Shown in pieces: positions 9,380 to 20,411 of a stretch of DNA of 64,000 nt. A program made the position numbers and the translations under genes. The stretch comes from an uncultured archaeon (GTDB taxonomy: Archaea; Thermoproteota; Nitrososphaeria_A; Caldarchaeales; Wolframiiraptoraceae). The stretch lies in assembly GCA_938083505.1 (NCBI GenBank), contig CALKCF010000001.1, positions 44,539 through 108,538 on the forward strand. The letters run 5' to 3'. The notes under the pieces are model-generated. The model was not told the origin of the DNA. It saw nothing but the letters and a program-made list of their open reading frames with translations, and did not search any database. Within the stretch, counting starts at the first letter, position 1, and each line of letters begins with the position of its first letter.

Positions 9380-11172
9380 GTTTTATTCATCTCCATAGCA
9401 GCCAGCAAGTTAATGGGCATAGATATGGTAAGCGGTCTTTGTCTAGCTATACCTACTGCGTTAGGACTTAAGCCTGCGACATATGCTATGTATAACGCAG
9501 AATTAACAAGGCATAGCCTGCCCTGACAGCTAGCCGTGCCGATTCCAGTACTACGCTTCACCTTCTCAAGACATGTGAAGCCGTAGACGGATATAGAGCG
9601 GTGCAGGTCCCACAGCCTGATGTCTTCACAGAAACAAACGAATGCATCTCTTCTCGGTCCTGAGCAGAATAACGTGGGCAGCTCGGTTATCTTCTCATCT
9701 GGAATAAGGGCCGTTTCAAAAGACCTGAATACCTTCTCTTTGGGGTCGCTTATGCCAAACTTTTGGAGCAATGATCTGTATTCTTTCACGAGCGCCTCAC
9801 GTTCAGCTTCGGCACTAGTTTTATTTAACATAACAGCGGCGGAGAGTCCTGCGATTCTTCCTTCGATTATGTGAAGTATTCCATAGGGTGAGCCGGAAGC
9901 ACCACCCGCCACGAAAAGACCATCCTTTGAAGTTCTCATGAAAAAATCATGAAGTGGTAGAAAGCCAAGCTCTTTGACGTATGCTATTTTTGCACCAGCT
10001 TGGGCAGAAATCCTTATGTCAGGGTTCGTAGAAGCTGCGCAAATTACGCAATCAACGTTTAACCTAAACTCCTCACCCTCACATTTTACCTTAAGAAGTT
10101 TAACCATCTCTTTTCCTATTGCAACAATCTCTTTCACTCCATGTATGACGTCACCTTTACCGGTATTGCCACACGATTTGTCAAGTACGACCGTATTGAC
10201 GTCATTTTTTTTCAGATTTTCTGCTAACCTTAATCCACGTTCTGTGGCTCCCAATATGGCAACATTCTTTCCTGGAATAACGCCGTGCATATTTAACATC
10301 ATGAGAGCGGATGAAGCGTCTATTATTCCTGGCAAGTCGTTATTGGCGAATATGCATGGCAAATCTACGGTGCCCGTAGCAACAATATACGCTTTAGCTG
10401 AGATTATATAAGGTGTTCCAACATTGAGCGGATAAGGTGAAAATGCAAGCGCTGCATCTTCAAAGAAGCCAACAAATGTAGTTTTCGATAAGACCCTCAC
10501 ACCAAGTTCAAGTGCTTTTCTCCTCAGGTTTTTTACGAATACGTGACCAGGTTCTGATATTCCAGGCGGTTCAAACTTGTCGTATAACATCTCCCCGCCG
10601 AGCTCAACACCATCATCTATTTGGAGAACCTTAAGATCGTACTTTCTGGCCTCGATGGCTGCTGAAAGTCCAGCTGAGCCACCACCGATTATCACTAAAT
10701 CAGCATTTTCTACAATCGTGGAAACACTATGCGAAATTTCATATTTAGCTGGTTCTGGATTATTGATGCTATTTGCAATGAACTTAAGAGCTATAGGCCA
10801 AATTAACCTATTCTTCACGAGAGGTTTATGTAGCAGACTCGTGTCTACCATGGATTCGAAAACACGCATTAATAACGGTCTTTTTTGTTGGGTACGAACC
10901 TTAAGCCCATCCGTTAGATAAATTTCGGACGGGTTCATGGCGGGTATGCCGTTTATGCTGACCATTACCGTTCTAGCTTGTGGATGTAAACTGAAGAATC
11001 CACGAGGTCTGTAGAGCTTTTTGCTCCTACCAAGAAATTTTATACCGTTAGCGTATAACGCTACGCTTATGGATTCCGACGTAAAGCCACTTATAGTCGC
11101 GCCATTAACGTCGATAGAAACAACGTTACCTTGGCTATCTGCCGTCAAATCCTTAGCACGTAAAGCACCCAT
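9376..11172 (-). CDS. Dye-linked proline dehydrogenase / sarcosine oxidase alpha-like subunit
   Basis: RPRG N-domain, IGGGSAG, ATG..NNDLPG and C-terminal CFCED...CQGRLC BFD-like cluster. Confidence 0.82.
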   Translation of the reverse strand: MGALRAKDLTADSQGNVVSIDVNGATISGFTSESISVALYANGIKFLGRSKKLYRPRGFFSLHPQARTVMVSINGIPAMNPSEIYLTDGLKVRTQQKRPLLMRVFESMVDTSLLHKPLVKNRLIWPIALKFIANSINNPEPAKYEISHSVSTIVENADLVIIGGGSAGLSAAIEARKYDLKVLQIDDGVELGGEMLYDKFEPPGISEPGHVFVKNLRRKALELGVRVLSKTTFVGFFEDAALAFSPYPLNVGTPYIISAKAYIVATGTVDLPCIFANNDLPGIIDASSALMMLNMHGVIPGKNVAILGATERGLRLAENLKKNDVNTVVLDKSCGNTGKGDVIHGVKEIVAIGKEMVKLLKVKCEGEEFRLNVDCVICAASTNPDIRISAQAGAKIAYVKELGFLPLHDFFMRTSKDGLFVAGGASGSPYGILHIIEGRIAGLSAAVMLNKTSAEAEREALVKEYRSLLQKFGISDPKEKVFRSFETALIPDEKITELPTLFCSGPRRDAFVCFCEDIRLWDLHRSISVYGFTCLEKVKRSTGIGTASCQGRLCLVNSALYIAYVAGLSPNAVGIARQRPLTISMPINLLAAMEMNKT

Positions 11173-11222
11173 GTCTCTAAATTTATAGGGATCAATTTAA
11201 AAACTTTTTAAAACATTATAAA

Positions 11223-12146
11223 TTGAAGAACTGTGCTAAGACTTGGTGGTATTCGTTGGGAGGGCCATGGTCCGCTCTAGTCAATTATTGGCAAGTTACA
11301 AAACCACGTACATGGTTCCTTCTAACATTCACCGGATTTTGTAGCGCCATAGTTGGTTTCGGAGTTTCTGGAAAAAACATAGATTGGTATGTCGTCATGC
11401 TGACAACTTTAGCCATTATCTTAGGTTCAGCAGGAGCTAATGCGATCACATGTTATATAGATAGAGATATTGATGCTGTAATGGATAGGACTAGAATGAG
11501 ACCCTTACCCTCTGGTAAGATAAAGCCAGCTGAAAAAGCACTTTACTTTGGTCTCATACTCTCAACGATAGCCATCGCGATATCCATTATGCTTAATCTC
11601 ATATGCTTTGGTCTGATGCTCTTCGGATTAATAGACAACATCTTAGTTTATAACAAATGGTTAAAGCGCCGAAACCCCATTAATATAATAGCTGGCAGCT
11701 TTTCTGGTGGTGCGCCAGCTATGATAGGTTACTCAGCGGCTACAACCGAAAATCTCACTTTCGGCTTAATACTTGCAGCAATTGTCGTTCTTTGGGTACC
11801 TACACATATCTGGAGTCTTGCACTCAAATATAAGGAGGATTATATGAAAGTAAAAGTTCCTATGTTACCAGTAGTCGTGCCTGAAAAAGTTGCTATAAGG
11901 TGTATAGCATCTACCAGCGTCTTGATGGTGGCGTTCAGCTTTTTGCCGGTCCTTATGAGCGTTTTTCAAATGATATACGCGATGATAGCATCCATTTTCG
12001 GTGCAGTAATTTTAATTCTTAACTCCTTGCTTGTCATCAGGCCGGATGCTAGGAAAGCGTGGTTTGTATTTAAGATGTCAAGTCCTTACTTAGCTGCCTT
12101 ATTCACGGCTATGGTCCTTGATGTTTTCTTCCTAACTCACCTATAG
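11223..12146 (+). CDS. cyoE: Protoheme IX farnesyltransferase (heme O synthase)
   Basis: TKPR, DRDIDAVMDRTRMRPLP, LKRR, WVPTHIWSLA and DY...VPMLPVV. Confidence 0.93.
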   Translation: MKNCAKTWWYSLGGPWSALVNYWQVTKPRTWFLLTFTGFCSAIVGFGVSGKNIDWYVVMLTTLAIILGSAGANAITCYIDRDIDAVMDRTRMRPLPSGKIKPAEKALYFGLILSTIAIAISIMLNLICFGLMLFGLIDNILVYNKWLKRRNPINIIAGSFSGGAPAMIGYSAATTENLTFGLILAAIVVLWVPTHIWSLALKYKEDYMKVKVPMLPVVVPEKVAIRCIASTSVLMVAFSFLPVLMSVFQMIYAMIASIFGAVILILNSLLVIRPDARKAWFVFKMSSPYLAALFTAMVLDVFFLTHL

Positions 12147-12805
12147 TTTATTGTCCTATCTGGTTTAATCGCTGAGAGAACATATTCAACAAACTGCATC
12201 TCCGGTAAGGCTCCCTCAAAAGAAACAACATCGTTTATTATGGTCTTAGGAACTGCTATAACGTCGTATTTATTCGCAAGTTGAGGAAATTCTATAGCCT
12301 CTATCATATCAGCCCTAATGAGCTCGTTCTCGATCGCCAACTGATGCGCAACCCTTACAGCTCTAGGACAATATGGACAGGTTGGTGTTACGAATACCTG
12401 AATATGTACAGGCTCCTTTACGTTTTTAATTTTTTCTTTTACTATAGGTTGGAGTTTTGTCGTTCCCCTTGACGCATCTATTATAGTGTCGATGAAAGCT
12501 GGAAATTCATAACCCGTCGGTAAACCAAAGAACCTTATGCCGTACTCACGGATGCCAAATACTGCTGTTGCCGGTATTTTATCTATGCCCCACCTTTGCG
12601 CTTTCTCGTAATCCTTTTCGAAATCGAATACTTCGAGCTTTATCTTATCTGAAAGCGACGCTAGGTCTTCCATCAATTCTCTATTTGTTGCACAATACTC
12701 ACACTCAAAATCCTGCGTAAATACAATGAGCCTAACATCGTTTTCCATATTTCTATTAAGCTTTTCTGCAATAAGCTTTTTCTCCCTTTCTTTCAAGATG
12801 GGCAT
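12137..12805 (-). CDS. pdo: Protein disulfide oxidoreductase (two thioredoxin folds)
   Basis: CEYC and CPYC motifs, G.P.GYEF, and VP cis-Pro motif. Confidence 0.9.
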   Translation of the reverse strand: MPILKEREKKLIAEKLNRNMENDVRLIVFTQDFECEYCATNRELMEDLASLSDKIKLEVFDFEKDYEKAQRWGIDKIPATAVFGIREYGIRFFGLPTGYEFPAFIDTIIDASRGTTKLQPIVKEKIKNVKEPVHIQVFVTPTCPYCPRAVRVAHQLAIENELIRADMIEAIEFPQLANKYDVIAVPKTIINDVVSFEGALPEMQFVEYVLSAIKPDRTINYR

Positions 12806-12837
12806 TAATCAAATATTTACGAGTCAAATTTATAAAT

Positions 12838-13260
12838 CTAACGGTTATCATCTATAGCCTCATTAGCAAGCTCGTCGGCCAGCTTGTTCAACTCTCTGGA
12901 GATGTGAAAGTACTCGACATTAAGTAATCTTTCCAGCTCTTTAACCTCGGAGTAAAGCTTGCCAAGCCTTGCCTCTTTAACAGAGAATTCACCCCTAAGC
13001 TGCTTCACTATCAGCTCACTATCGGAGAAAACCTTTACTTTTTTTACATTAAACTCTATAGCTAACTTTAGTCCTTCTAGGAGTGCTAAATATTCGACCT
13101 CATTGTTTGTTTTGTTGCCAACAAACTTCTTGAAACAAATCGTCTTAGAATTGAACTTGAGAACAATGCCGATACCAGCGGGTCCAGGATTACCTCTAGA
13201 TGCACCGTCAACGTATATCTCGACCTCGGCAAGCCCTTGAGTGCTGCGATTTGATTGCAA
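12838..13260 (-). CDS. rnhA: Ribonuclease HI
   Basis: DGASRGNPG, TNNEVEY, SDSELIV and N..AD.LAN. Confidence 0.92.
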   Translation of the reverse strand: MQSNRSTQGLAEVEIYVDGASRGNPGPAGIGIVLKFNSKTICFKKFVGNKTNNEVEYLALLEGLKLAIEFNVKKVKVFSDSELIVKQLRGEFSVKEARLGKLYSEVKELERLLNVEYFHISRELNKLADELANEAIDDNR

Positions 13261-13279
13261 GTAATTTTTACCCTAAAGT

Positions 13280-15655
13280 TCAGTTTTTAGATTTTGTAAG
13301 TTCGTTGAGTTTTTCTAAAATTATTTTCTGTTCTATGCTGGCGACGAGCTGCTTCGTTTTGATCACAACGTCTGGGTTGACGCTTATTGAATCGATACCA
13401 CATCTAACTAGGAATTCTGTGAATTCTGGATAAACGCTGGGTGCCTGTCCGCAAATCGAAACGGTAACACCATTTTCGTGCGCAACTTTTATCAGATTTT
13501 CTATTGCCCTCAGTACAGCCGGGTCTCTTTCGTCAAAATATCTGGCGTCTATGCTGGGCAATATGGCAGAATCTCTGTCGGTCGCCAAGATGAACTGAGT
13601 GAGGTCGTTAGAACCTATGCTGAAACCATCGCATAACTTGCTAAACTCATCCGCCATGAGTATCGTGCTTGGAACTTCTGCCATCAGCCATACTTTAAAG
13701 TCCCTGCCTCTCTCAAGCCCTTCCTCTTTCATTATTTCTAAGACTCTTTCTATTTCCCATATGGTCCTCGCCATCGGTATCATGACCCAAACATTCTTCA
13801 GACCCCACTCATCTCTAACCTTTTTGATAGCCTTACATTCAAGTCTAAATGCCTTTTCGTACCCTTTGCTTATATACCTCGCTGCCCCTCTCCATCCCAT
13901 CATCGGGTTCGCTTCTTCAACCTCATACTTCTCTCCGCCCTTTAATTCTCTATACTCATTCGTCTTGAAGTCTGAAAACCTGACCACGACTGGTCTGGGT
14001 TGTATCGCCCTAGCAACTTTTGCAACCCCCTCAGCTAGCTTATCCACGAACTTTTCAGGCTGACCTATCTCAATGAGATAATTTGGGTGCTCGCCTATGT
14101 ATGAGGCCAGTATGAACTCTATGCGCATTAAACCTATACCATCAAAGGGCAGATCTGCATACTCATCTATCTTTTCTGGAACACCAAGGTTCATCATGAT
14201 CTTCGTAGCTGTAACTGGCACATTAATTAAAGAGACTGGGGCACCAGAAGGTACGCCTGCGGGAGTCGGTGGTTTTGCCATTAACTCCTCTACAGCACCT
14301 TCGTATACTACGCCCGATTTAGCATCTACTGTGTAAATCTGTCCATCTTTCATAGTCTCGATGGCATCACCAGTGCCTACTATACAAGGTATGCCCAACT
14401 CTCTTGAAACTATAGCTGCATGACATGTCATTCCGCCTTCTGAGGTCACTATTGCTGATGCTATCCGCATTGCAGGTACCCAATCGGGCGACGTCATTCG
14501 TGTGACTAATATGTCGCCCTTTCTCATCTGCCCTATGTTCTTTATGTCTAAGATCACCCTGGCAGTCCCAATAGCAATGCCAGGGCTTGCTGGCAATCCT
14601 TTCGTGACAACTTTTCTAGCAACCGTTACGGTTCCAGATTTTACAGGAATTTCTGCAGCTGCTTTCTGGGACCATACAGTCTCAGGTCTAGACTGAACTA
14701 TGAAAACATTGTATGGGAAAGGTACATCCATATCTATGCTCCATTCTATGTCCTGTGGTGTGCCATAATGTTCTTCGATGCGGATAGCGAGTTCTGCGAG
14801 CCTATATATCTCTTCATCAGTTAAGCATGGCACATTCTGCTTCGAAAGTGGGACCCCATGCTTCTCCGTACCACCTTTTGGGCTGTAAATAATCTCGATA
14901 GTTTTCCTCGCAACCTTCTTTTCAATTATCTTTAATGTTTTTTTGTCAACAATATATACATCTGGTGTTGCTTCACCGCTTACTACAGACTCGCCAAGTC
15001 CCCAGTTGGCTTCTATTAGTATCTTTGATGTATCACCTGTAATTGGGTGTAGTGTGAACATTACGCCAGAGGCTTTTGCATTAACCATCTTCTGAACTAC
15101 TACACATAAGTACACACTCATATGATCGAATCCTTTCTCATGTCTGTAAAATGTTGCCCTTGACGTGAACAAGCTTGCCCAACATTTCTTAACACTTTCC
15201 AACAGTTGCTTTTCACCCCTAACGTTTAGGTAAGTTTCTTGCTGTCCAGCGAAGCTGGCCGATGTCAAATCTTCAGCAGTTGCACTCGATCTGACGGCTA
15301 CAGGAGGGTCTATCATACCTACTTTCTCAGCCAACTTCCTGTACGCCGCTATTATCTCTACCTCTAACTCTTTGGGAATTTCTTGCTTTAATATGAGTCC
15401 CCTTATTTCTCTGGTTTTCTCTTCTATCGACTCAGGATTTGAGTAATTTATTTCACTCAATATATTATGTATTTGTTCAACAATACCAGCCTTCTCTATA
15501 AAATACTTGTATGCATATGCTGTTATTGTAAAACCGGGAGGTACAGGTATGCCAAGTCTTAACATTTCGCCTAAGTTCGCACCCTTACCCCCAACTAGGG
15601 GTACATCCTCCTTTGTTATTGACTCCAGTTCAAGTATGAACGTGTTCTCTTTCAT
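13280..15655 (-). CDS. ppsA: Phosphoenolpyruvate synthase
   Basis: [27 protein letters not shown] and SIGSNDLTQ. Confidence 0.96.
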   Translation of the reverse strand: MKENTFILELESITKEDVPLVGGKGANLGEMLRLGIPVPPGFTITAYAYKYFIEKAGIVEQIHNILSEINYSNPESIEEKTREIRGLILKQEIPKELEVEIIAAYRKLAEKVGMIDPPVAVRSSATAEDLTSASFAGQQETYLNVRGEKQLLESVKKCWASLFTSRATFYRHEKGFDHMSVYLCVVVQKMVNAKASGVMFTLHPITGDTSKILIEANWGLGESVVSGEATPDVYIVDKKTLKIIEKKVARKTIEIIYSPKGGTEKHGVPLSKQNVPCLTDEEIYRLAELAIRIEEHYGTPQDIEWSIDMDVPFPYNVFIVQSRPETVWSQKAAAEIPVKSGTVTVARKVVTKGLPASPGIAIGTARVILDIKNIGQMRKGDILVTRMTSPDWVPAMRIASAIVTSEGGMTCHAAIVSRELGIPCIVGTGDAIETMKDGQIYTVDAKSGVVYEGAVEELMAKPPTPAGVPSGAPVSLINVPVTATKIMMNLGVPEKIDEYADLPFDGIGLMRIEFILASYIGEHPNYLIEIGQPEKFVDKLAEGVAKVARAIQPRPVVVRFSDFKTNEYRELKGGEKYEVEEANPMMGWRGAARYISKGYEKAFRLECKAIKKVRDEWGLKNVWVMIPMARTIWEIERVLEIMKEEGLERGRDFKVWLMAEVPSTILMADEFSKLCDGFSIGSNDLTQFILATDRDSAILPSIDARYFDERDPAVLRAIENLIKVAHENGVTVSICGQAPSVYPEFTEFLVRCGIDSISVNPDVVIKTKQLVASIEQKIILEKLNELTKSKN

Positions 15656-15716
15656 TTCTCTTACCTCATTAATCTTATTAAGGAATTATATTCCTTGTTA
15701 ATTTTTAAGCGTTTAG

Positions 15717-16229
15717 CTAGGAGGATGTCTTTAGCTCTACTAATTTGCTAATAGTTACCTTATAACTCTTAGGAAGCTTTTTTGACGCCAGCTCAAGGGC
15801 TTCCTTAGCCACATTAACGCCGTTTTCATACACAAGAACCCTGAAGACAGGCTTTCCAGGTTCCAGCCTTGCAGCCCTTCCTATGGGCTTTCCGAATGCC
15901 CTTCTCATACCTTCCTGTAGCCTATCGGCATGCGCCCCAAAGATCATCTTGTTTTCCCTTAAAATGATGTGTGGGTGGGTCTTGAGTTCTAGGAAATAAT
16001 TTTCACCTAATTTGCTACTAAGCATCTTTCCTATGGACACTCTGGCCGACTCTAGCGCTACATCCCTAACCTGAAGCTCTTCCAACGCTATAAGCTCAAG
16101 TTCGTGTGTATAGTCTTCTCTGTAAGTTCCCATCGTGTACTTACTTATTCTTGGCTCAGGTGCACCATGGATATATTCCCCTCTTGTATAGGGCATACCT
16201 TCTGTCCTGCGGTAGTTCCTAGCCTTCAT
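15717..16229 (-). CDS. rpl10e: 50S ribosomal protein L10e (uL16)
   Basis: ILRENKM...ADRLQEGMRRAFGKP. Confidence 0.95.
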   Translation of the reverse strand: MKARNYRRTEGMPYTRGEYIHGAPEPRISKYTMGTYREDYTHELELIALEELQVRDVALESARVSIGKMLSSKLGENYFLELKTHPHIILRENKMIFGAHADRLQEGMRRAFGKPIGRAARLEPGKPVFRVLVYENGVNVAKEALELASKKLPKSYKVTISKLVELKTSS

Positions 16230-16319
16230 CTATCTACCCTCTTTGCTTATATTACAAGAATCAGCCGCTAATTAATCTTTATCAAGGTTTGTTTTTAATA
16301 AATTTGACCTTCTATAACA

Positions 16320-16937
16320 TCATTCCCTTCTGAGGAATCTTTCTGATGCAATACTAGACGGTTCTCGAACCAGCAAGAAATAACCGCCGCCTCGGCCGGT
16401 CAACTCATCCATTATCCTTTTAGTAATCGCCTTTGCAGGATCTGAGAGCCCGCCCCTTTCATGCAAATCTTTAAAGGATTCGAAAGGTTTCTTTTCCCTT
16501 TCTTCCAGAATTTTTTGCATAGATTTTTTACCAATGCCAGGAATCAGTTCAAGCGCATGGAGTCTTGGTGACACGGGTGTGCATGTATTAAAGAACTCTA
16601 CAAACCTTTGCTCATTTGCCTGAACTATCTTTTGGATAACATCCTCCAATTCAAGTTTAGCATTCTCAGTAAGCTCATCATAATTTATACGTCTGAGTAT
16701 TCTTAAGATGTTTCTCGGAACATCTTTACCTATATAGAGCCTTATGCCTACGCGCGGTCTATAATTCTCGTTTATCGCAGCCTCCAGGAGAGTAAAGTAT
16801 TCTTCACCTAACAATTGGATAAGCAATTCATCCTTATGTATATTTACATGAGAAGTTGAGCTCCTGAGCAGTGTCGCATCGACTACATCCAATACATAAG
16901 CATAATCCTCATATTTCTTCTGCTTTTGCAGATGCAA
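16320..16937 (-). CDS. DUF655 family HhH-containing protein
   Basis: YAYVLD, FTLLE and RLHALELIPGIGKK; conserved next to rpo4. Confidence 0.88.
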   Translation of the reverse strand: MHLQKQKKYEDYAYVLDVVDATLLRSSTSHVNIHKDELLIQLLGEEYFTLLEAAINENYRPRVGIRLYIGKDVPRNILRILRRINYDELTENAKLELEDVIQKIVQANEQRFVEFFNTCTPVSPRLHALELIPGIGKKSMQKILEEREKKPFESFKDLHERGGLSDPAKAITKRIMDELTGRGGGYFLLVREPSSIASERFLRRE

Positions 16938-16976
16938 TCCCCCTTTTGACGTCCTGCCTTACACGTTCAAAATTCG

Positions 16977-17339
16977 TTATTTGCTTGCCTCTAAAGCTTG
17001 CTCAACAAGGTTCAATATACCGCGCATCTTTTCTTCAGAGAATAATAAAAACGATACTAGGCGACGGTAACCACTCAGGATTGTTCTAAGTTCATCGAGA
17101 GTCTCAGGACATATGTCAGCAACTTGGACCGCCTCCTCCCTTTCTAGTCCGTATTCGTTCATAAGCTTAGTGATAAGCAACTCAGCCTGCTCAGGAGTTA
17201 ATTTTGAGTACTTTTTTGTATAATTCAACGTTTTTAGCTGAAATGGGTTTAAGTATTGTTCCCTTTCTTCCAAGAGCTTCTTGACCTCAGCTATGGGTAT
17301 AGGTTTAGAACTCAATATCTTCCTTGGCAACTCAGCCAC
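16977..17339 (-). CDS. rpo4: RNA polymerase subunit Rpo4 (F)
   Basis: QVADICPETLDELRTIL; L21e-rpoF-DUF655 synteny. Confidence 0.9.
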   Translation of the reverse strand: MAELPRKILSSKPIPIAEVKKLLEEREQYLNPFQLKTLNYTKKYSKLTPEQAELLITKLMNEYGLEREEAVQVADICPETLDELRTILSGYRRLVSFLLFSEEKMRGILNLVEQALEASK

Positions 17340-17628
17340 CTTCCCAAGGTCTGAGATGGTCTGGCAATATCGTTAGCTTCTTCAACTTATCTCCTAACAT
17401 TAGAGAGACTTCGTATGCATTACCCTTCTTAGATAGTATTGTGCCTATTTTACCATAAAATCTTTTATGCGGCATCCCCTTCTGAACTGCCGGGTCAACT
17501 ACTATTAACACTTTATCACCCGGATTATACTCTCTGATGTATATATCCGGTCTTGGACCACTTCGCAAGCCATACTTCTTCCTAAGTAGTTGCCTAGTTC
17601 TCACCCTGTAACCATGCGAGTTGGGCAT
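17332..17628 (-). CDS. rpl21e: 50S ribosomal protein L21e
   Basis: SHGYRVRTR and KGMPHKRFYGKIG. Confidence 0.95.
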   Translation of the reverse strand: MPNSHGYRVRTRQLLRKKYGLRSGPRPDIYIREYNPGDKVLIVVDPAVQKGMPHKRFYGKIGTILSKKGNAYEVSLMLGDKLKKLTILPDHLRPWEGG

Positions 17629-17636
17629 ACCAGCCT

Positions 17637-18965
17637 TTACTCCTCCACTTCTAGTACTGAAAGGGTAATATTTATTGGTGTGGTTCCTAGAGTATCAGCT
17701 ATATTAGGCACAGTCCTCCCACCATCCCCGTTTATCACCTCTTTTATGTAAAGACCTCCTTGTGCCTTTATCTTGAACTCTACGAGCTTATCTCCTTTCT
17801 TTTCAGCCTCTATGAAATAGAGGTATTTTTTCCTAACTTTTTCGCCTCTACGGAAAATTCTGCTCGGCGTCCTCTGATGTATCAATAAGTTTCTGAATTT
17901 CTCGCAGAGTTCTTTTAGCCTTTCCTCATCTACACTCGACTCGAACTCAACAAGCGCAATGTAAGTTTTTGATGTAATTGCTGATTTTGCTTTCATATCC
18001 CTCACATCTTTTTTTGTTGCATAAGATAAAGATAAGACTTCGACCTTACCCTTTGCACACTCATTTATAGCATCTTGTAGTTGGTTGAGTTGAACAAATC
18101 TCTTCCTTGGTGATTTTAACTCGAGGATAAATGGTCTTCCATTTCCAAGAACTGTTACATCCACATCTTCTCTTCCTGCTGCATGAAATTTATAGTCTAG
18201 GGCTTCAAAGAAGCCCAGCGCCGGATTTCCTATAAGTTCGCTGATGGAATCCGAATATTCCCTTCCAGTATGGCCGCAAGCATCACACCCCTTACCTCGA
18301 CACTTCCTGCATATCCATGGTGCCTGAGGTATGTTAGGTTGTAACTTTTTATAATAACCCTTGATAAACACAGGATTTGACTTAATAGTAAATGTACCTG
18401 AAAAAATGTCCACAATTATAGTTACATCTGGTGTGGCAAATTCAACGGGCTTTTTCATAATTCCTTCAATAATTTTCCCTATTTCTCTCGTTATGTCGCT
18501 CTTGATTTCTTCACCAAAGGTTAAGGCGAACTCGGCCTTTATTTGGTCATCTTTTTCTTTTATATGAGCTGGGATGGTTGCGCCTATTAAAAAGTTCGAA
18601 AATTCATATTCTTTCAGCTCTTCCACTATCTTTTCAGCCATACGACGAAAATTCTCATCAGTCAATTTGCCTTCGCAAATATAGCATGTTTTAATTTCGT
18701 TAATCTGATAATTGAGCAATTTGGCAAACTTTATCACGTATCTGTTCATGCCATTTTCAGCAACCGTTTTCAAAATATTTGCTGCATCCATATTGTTCAT
18801 TAATAACTTTAGGTTTGCCTCCATCGCTAACACGACTTTAAGATTCTCACCCCTTGCCTTATTGCCCACGCCGGATAGTAGCCTCGCAAATTGTCTTCCG
18901 AGGCAGTAATCACAAAGTGCATACTTCTGCAACATCCTATAAGCTAAGTCAAGTATCCCCTCCAT
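17637..18965 (-). CDS. pus10: tRNA pseudouridine(54/55) synthase Pus10
   Basis: LCDYCLGR, THUMP region, AGREDVDV and GGLYIKE. Confidence 0.93.
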   Translation of the reverse strand: MEGILDLAYRMLQKYALCDYCLGRQFARLLSGVGNKARGENLKVVLAMEANLKLLMNNMDAANILKTVAENGMNRYVIKFAKLLNYQINEIKTCYICEGKLTDENFRRMAEKIVEELKEYEFSNFLIGATIPAHIKEKDDQIKAEFALTFGEEIKSDITREIGKIIEGIMKKPVEFATPDVTIIVDIFSGTFTIKSNPVFIKGYYKKLQPNIPQAPWICRKCRGKGCDACGHTGREYSDSISELIGNPALGFFEALDYKFHAAGREDVDVTVLGNGRPFILELKSPRKRFVQLNQLQDAINECAKGKVEVLSLSYATKKDVRDMKAKSAITSKTYIALVEFESSVDEERLKELCEKFRNLLIHQRTPSRIFRRGEKVRKKYLYFIEAEKKGDKLVEFKIKAQGGLYIKEVINGDGGRTVPNIADTLGTTPINITLSVLEVEE

Positions 18966-18989
18966 TTGTGTTCACCAACTTTGCTCATT

Positions 18990-20336
18990 TCATTCTCCTA
19001 ATTCTGCACTAAACATACGCTTTGGTAACTTCAAAGGAGACCTTTTTATAGATTTTATCATCCTTTTTAATAAATTATATTGTTGGAGGAGGTGTTTAAC
19101 ATCCTTCTCGGTCACACCCGATCCTCTAGCTATACGTCTTATCCTCGAGGAGTCTATAATGTGAGGGTTCTTCCTTTCCTCAGGCGTCATAGAAAGTAAA
19201 ATCGCCGACCATTTTTCGATCTGCGTCTCAACCTTTTCGAATTCCTCGTCAGGTATATTGGGAAGTCCAGGTAAAGGTAACTTCGATATTATTTTCTTCA
19301 AAGGTCCTAATTTTTTCATTTCTTTAAACTGTTTTATAAAATCTTCTAAGGTAAACTTCCCGCTTGTAAAACTCTTGAGCCTCTCCTTGTTAAACTCCAA
19401 CTCGGCAATCTTTACTCTTTCTAGTAAACCCTTTATGTCGCCTATACCTAAGAGCCTACCGATGAAGCCTTGTGGGTTAAACACTTCTATATCTTCGAGT
19501 TTCTCACCAGTTCCGATAAATTTTATCTGTGCTCCAGTGGCCGCCACGGCCGATAGTGCACCACCACCTTTCGCAGAGGTATCCATCTTAGTGATTATTA
19601 TAGAACCTATTGGTGTTGCTTTGTGAAATGCCTCAGCATGTGCACCAGCCTGTTGACCTATCGTTCCATCCAACACCAACATTATTTCGTTAGGTTTAAT
19701 GTTTTCCTCTAACATCTTCATCTCTTGCATTAGCGATTGTTGATCTTTGTGTCTACCAGCCGTATCTATAATTATAACGTTGCATTTTTGTTTGGATAGA
19801 CATTCAACACCCTTTGTGGCTATAGTAATAGCATCACGCTCTTCAGGTAGGCCGTAGACAGGTATGTCTTTCCCATCAAGGAGTTGTCTTAACTGTTCAT
19901 ATGCTCCAGTTCTGAATGTGTCAGCGCAGACTACACCTACCGAGTAACCCAATTTCTTGAGATAATTTGCCAGCTTTGCAACTGTAGTTGTTTTTCCGTG
20001 TCCTTGTATGCCAACAACCATGATTACGTATTGTTTAGATTTATCTATGGTAATCTTATAGGGCTTCTCACCTATCAGCGATATAAGTTCCTCGTACACT
20101 ATTTTTATAATTTGATCTTTCTTGGAAATACCTGGTGGAACTTTCTCTGTCAATGTCCTATTCCTTATCTTCTCCGAGAGTTTCATCACGAGCTCAACAT
20201 TTACGTCCGAGACCAGGAGAGCTCTTTGTATGCCTCTTATGAGTTCCTCGACGACATTTTTATCTACACCTGTTGCAGACATGAATTTGCTTATGGCCTG
20301 TTTTATGAGTTCACCGAGCGAAGTTATCGGGTTCAA
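18990..20336 (-). CDS. srp54: Signal recognition particle protein SRP54
   Basis: GHGKTTT, DTAGR, TKMD and M domain SMT.EER..SRIRRIARGSG. Confidence 0.96.
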   Translation of the reverse strand: MNPITSLGELIKQAISKFMSATGVDKNVVEELIRGIQRALLVSDVNVELVMKLSEKIRNRTLTEKVPPGISKKDQIIKIVYEELISLIGEKPYKITIDKSKQYVIMVVGIQGHGKTTTVAKLANYLKKLGYSVGVVCADTFRTGAYEQLRQLLDGKDIPVYGLPEERDAITIATKGVECLSKQKCNVIIIDTAGRHKDQQSLMQEMKMLEENIKPNEIMLVLDGTIGQQAGAHAEAFHKATPIGSIIITKMDTSAKGGGALSAVAATGAQIKFIGTGEKLEDIEVFNPQGFIGRLLGIGDIKGLLERVKIAELEFNKERLKSFTSGKFTLEDFIKQFKEMKKLGPLKKIISKLPLPGLPNIPDEEFEKVETQIEKWSAILLSMTPEERKNPHIIDSSRIRRIARGSGVTEKDVKHLLQQYNLLKRMIKSIKRSPLKLPKRMFSAELGE

Positions 20337-20411
20337 GGCTTAAGTAATACTCTGAAATCTAATAATAAAGGTTGCTCAAGAAGTATTTATCCTCAACGAG
20401 TGCATAAGGGG

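Noticed and set aside
9376-11172. Missing N-terminal 2Fe-2S cysteines in the dehydrogenase alpha subunit
   Set aside because: Consistent with known two-subunit archaeal proline dehydrogenase alpha chains; not novel.
19998-20411. 5' extension of the 467-aa ORF overlapping srp54
   Set aside because: Antisense to srp54 and not protein-like; family similarity begins near 20424.
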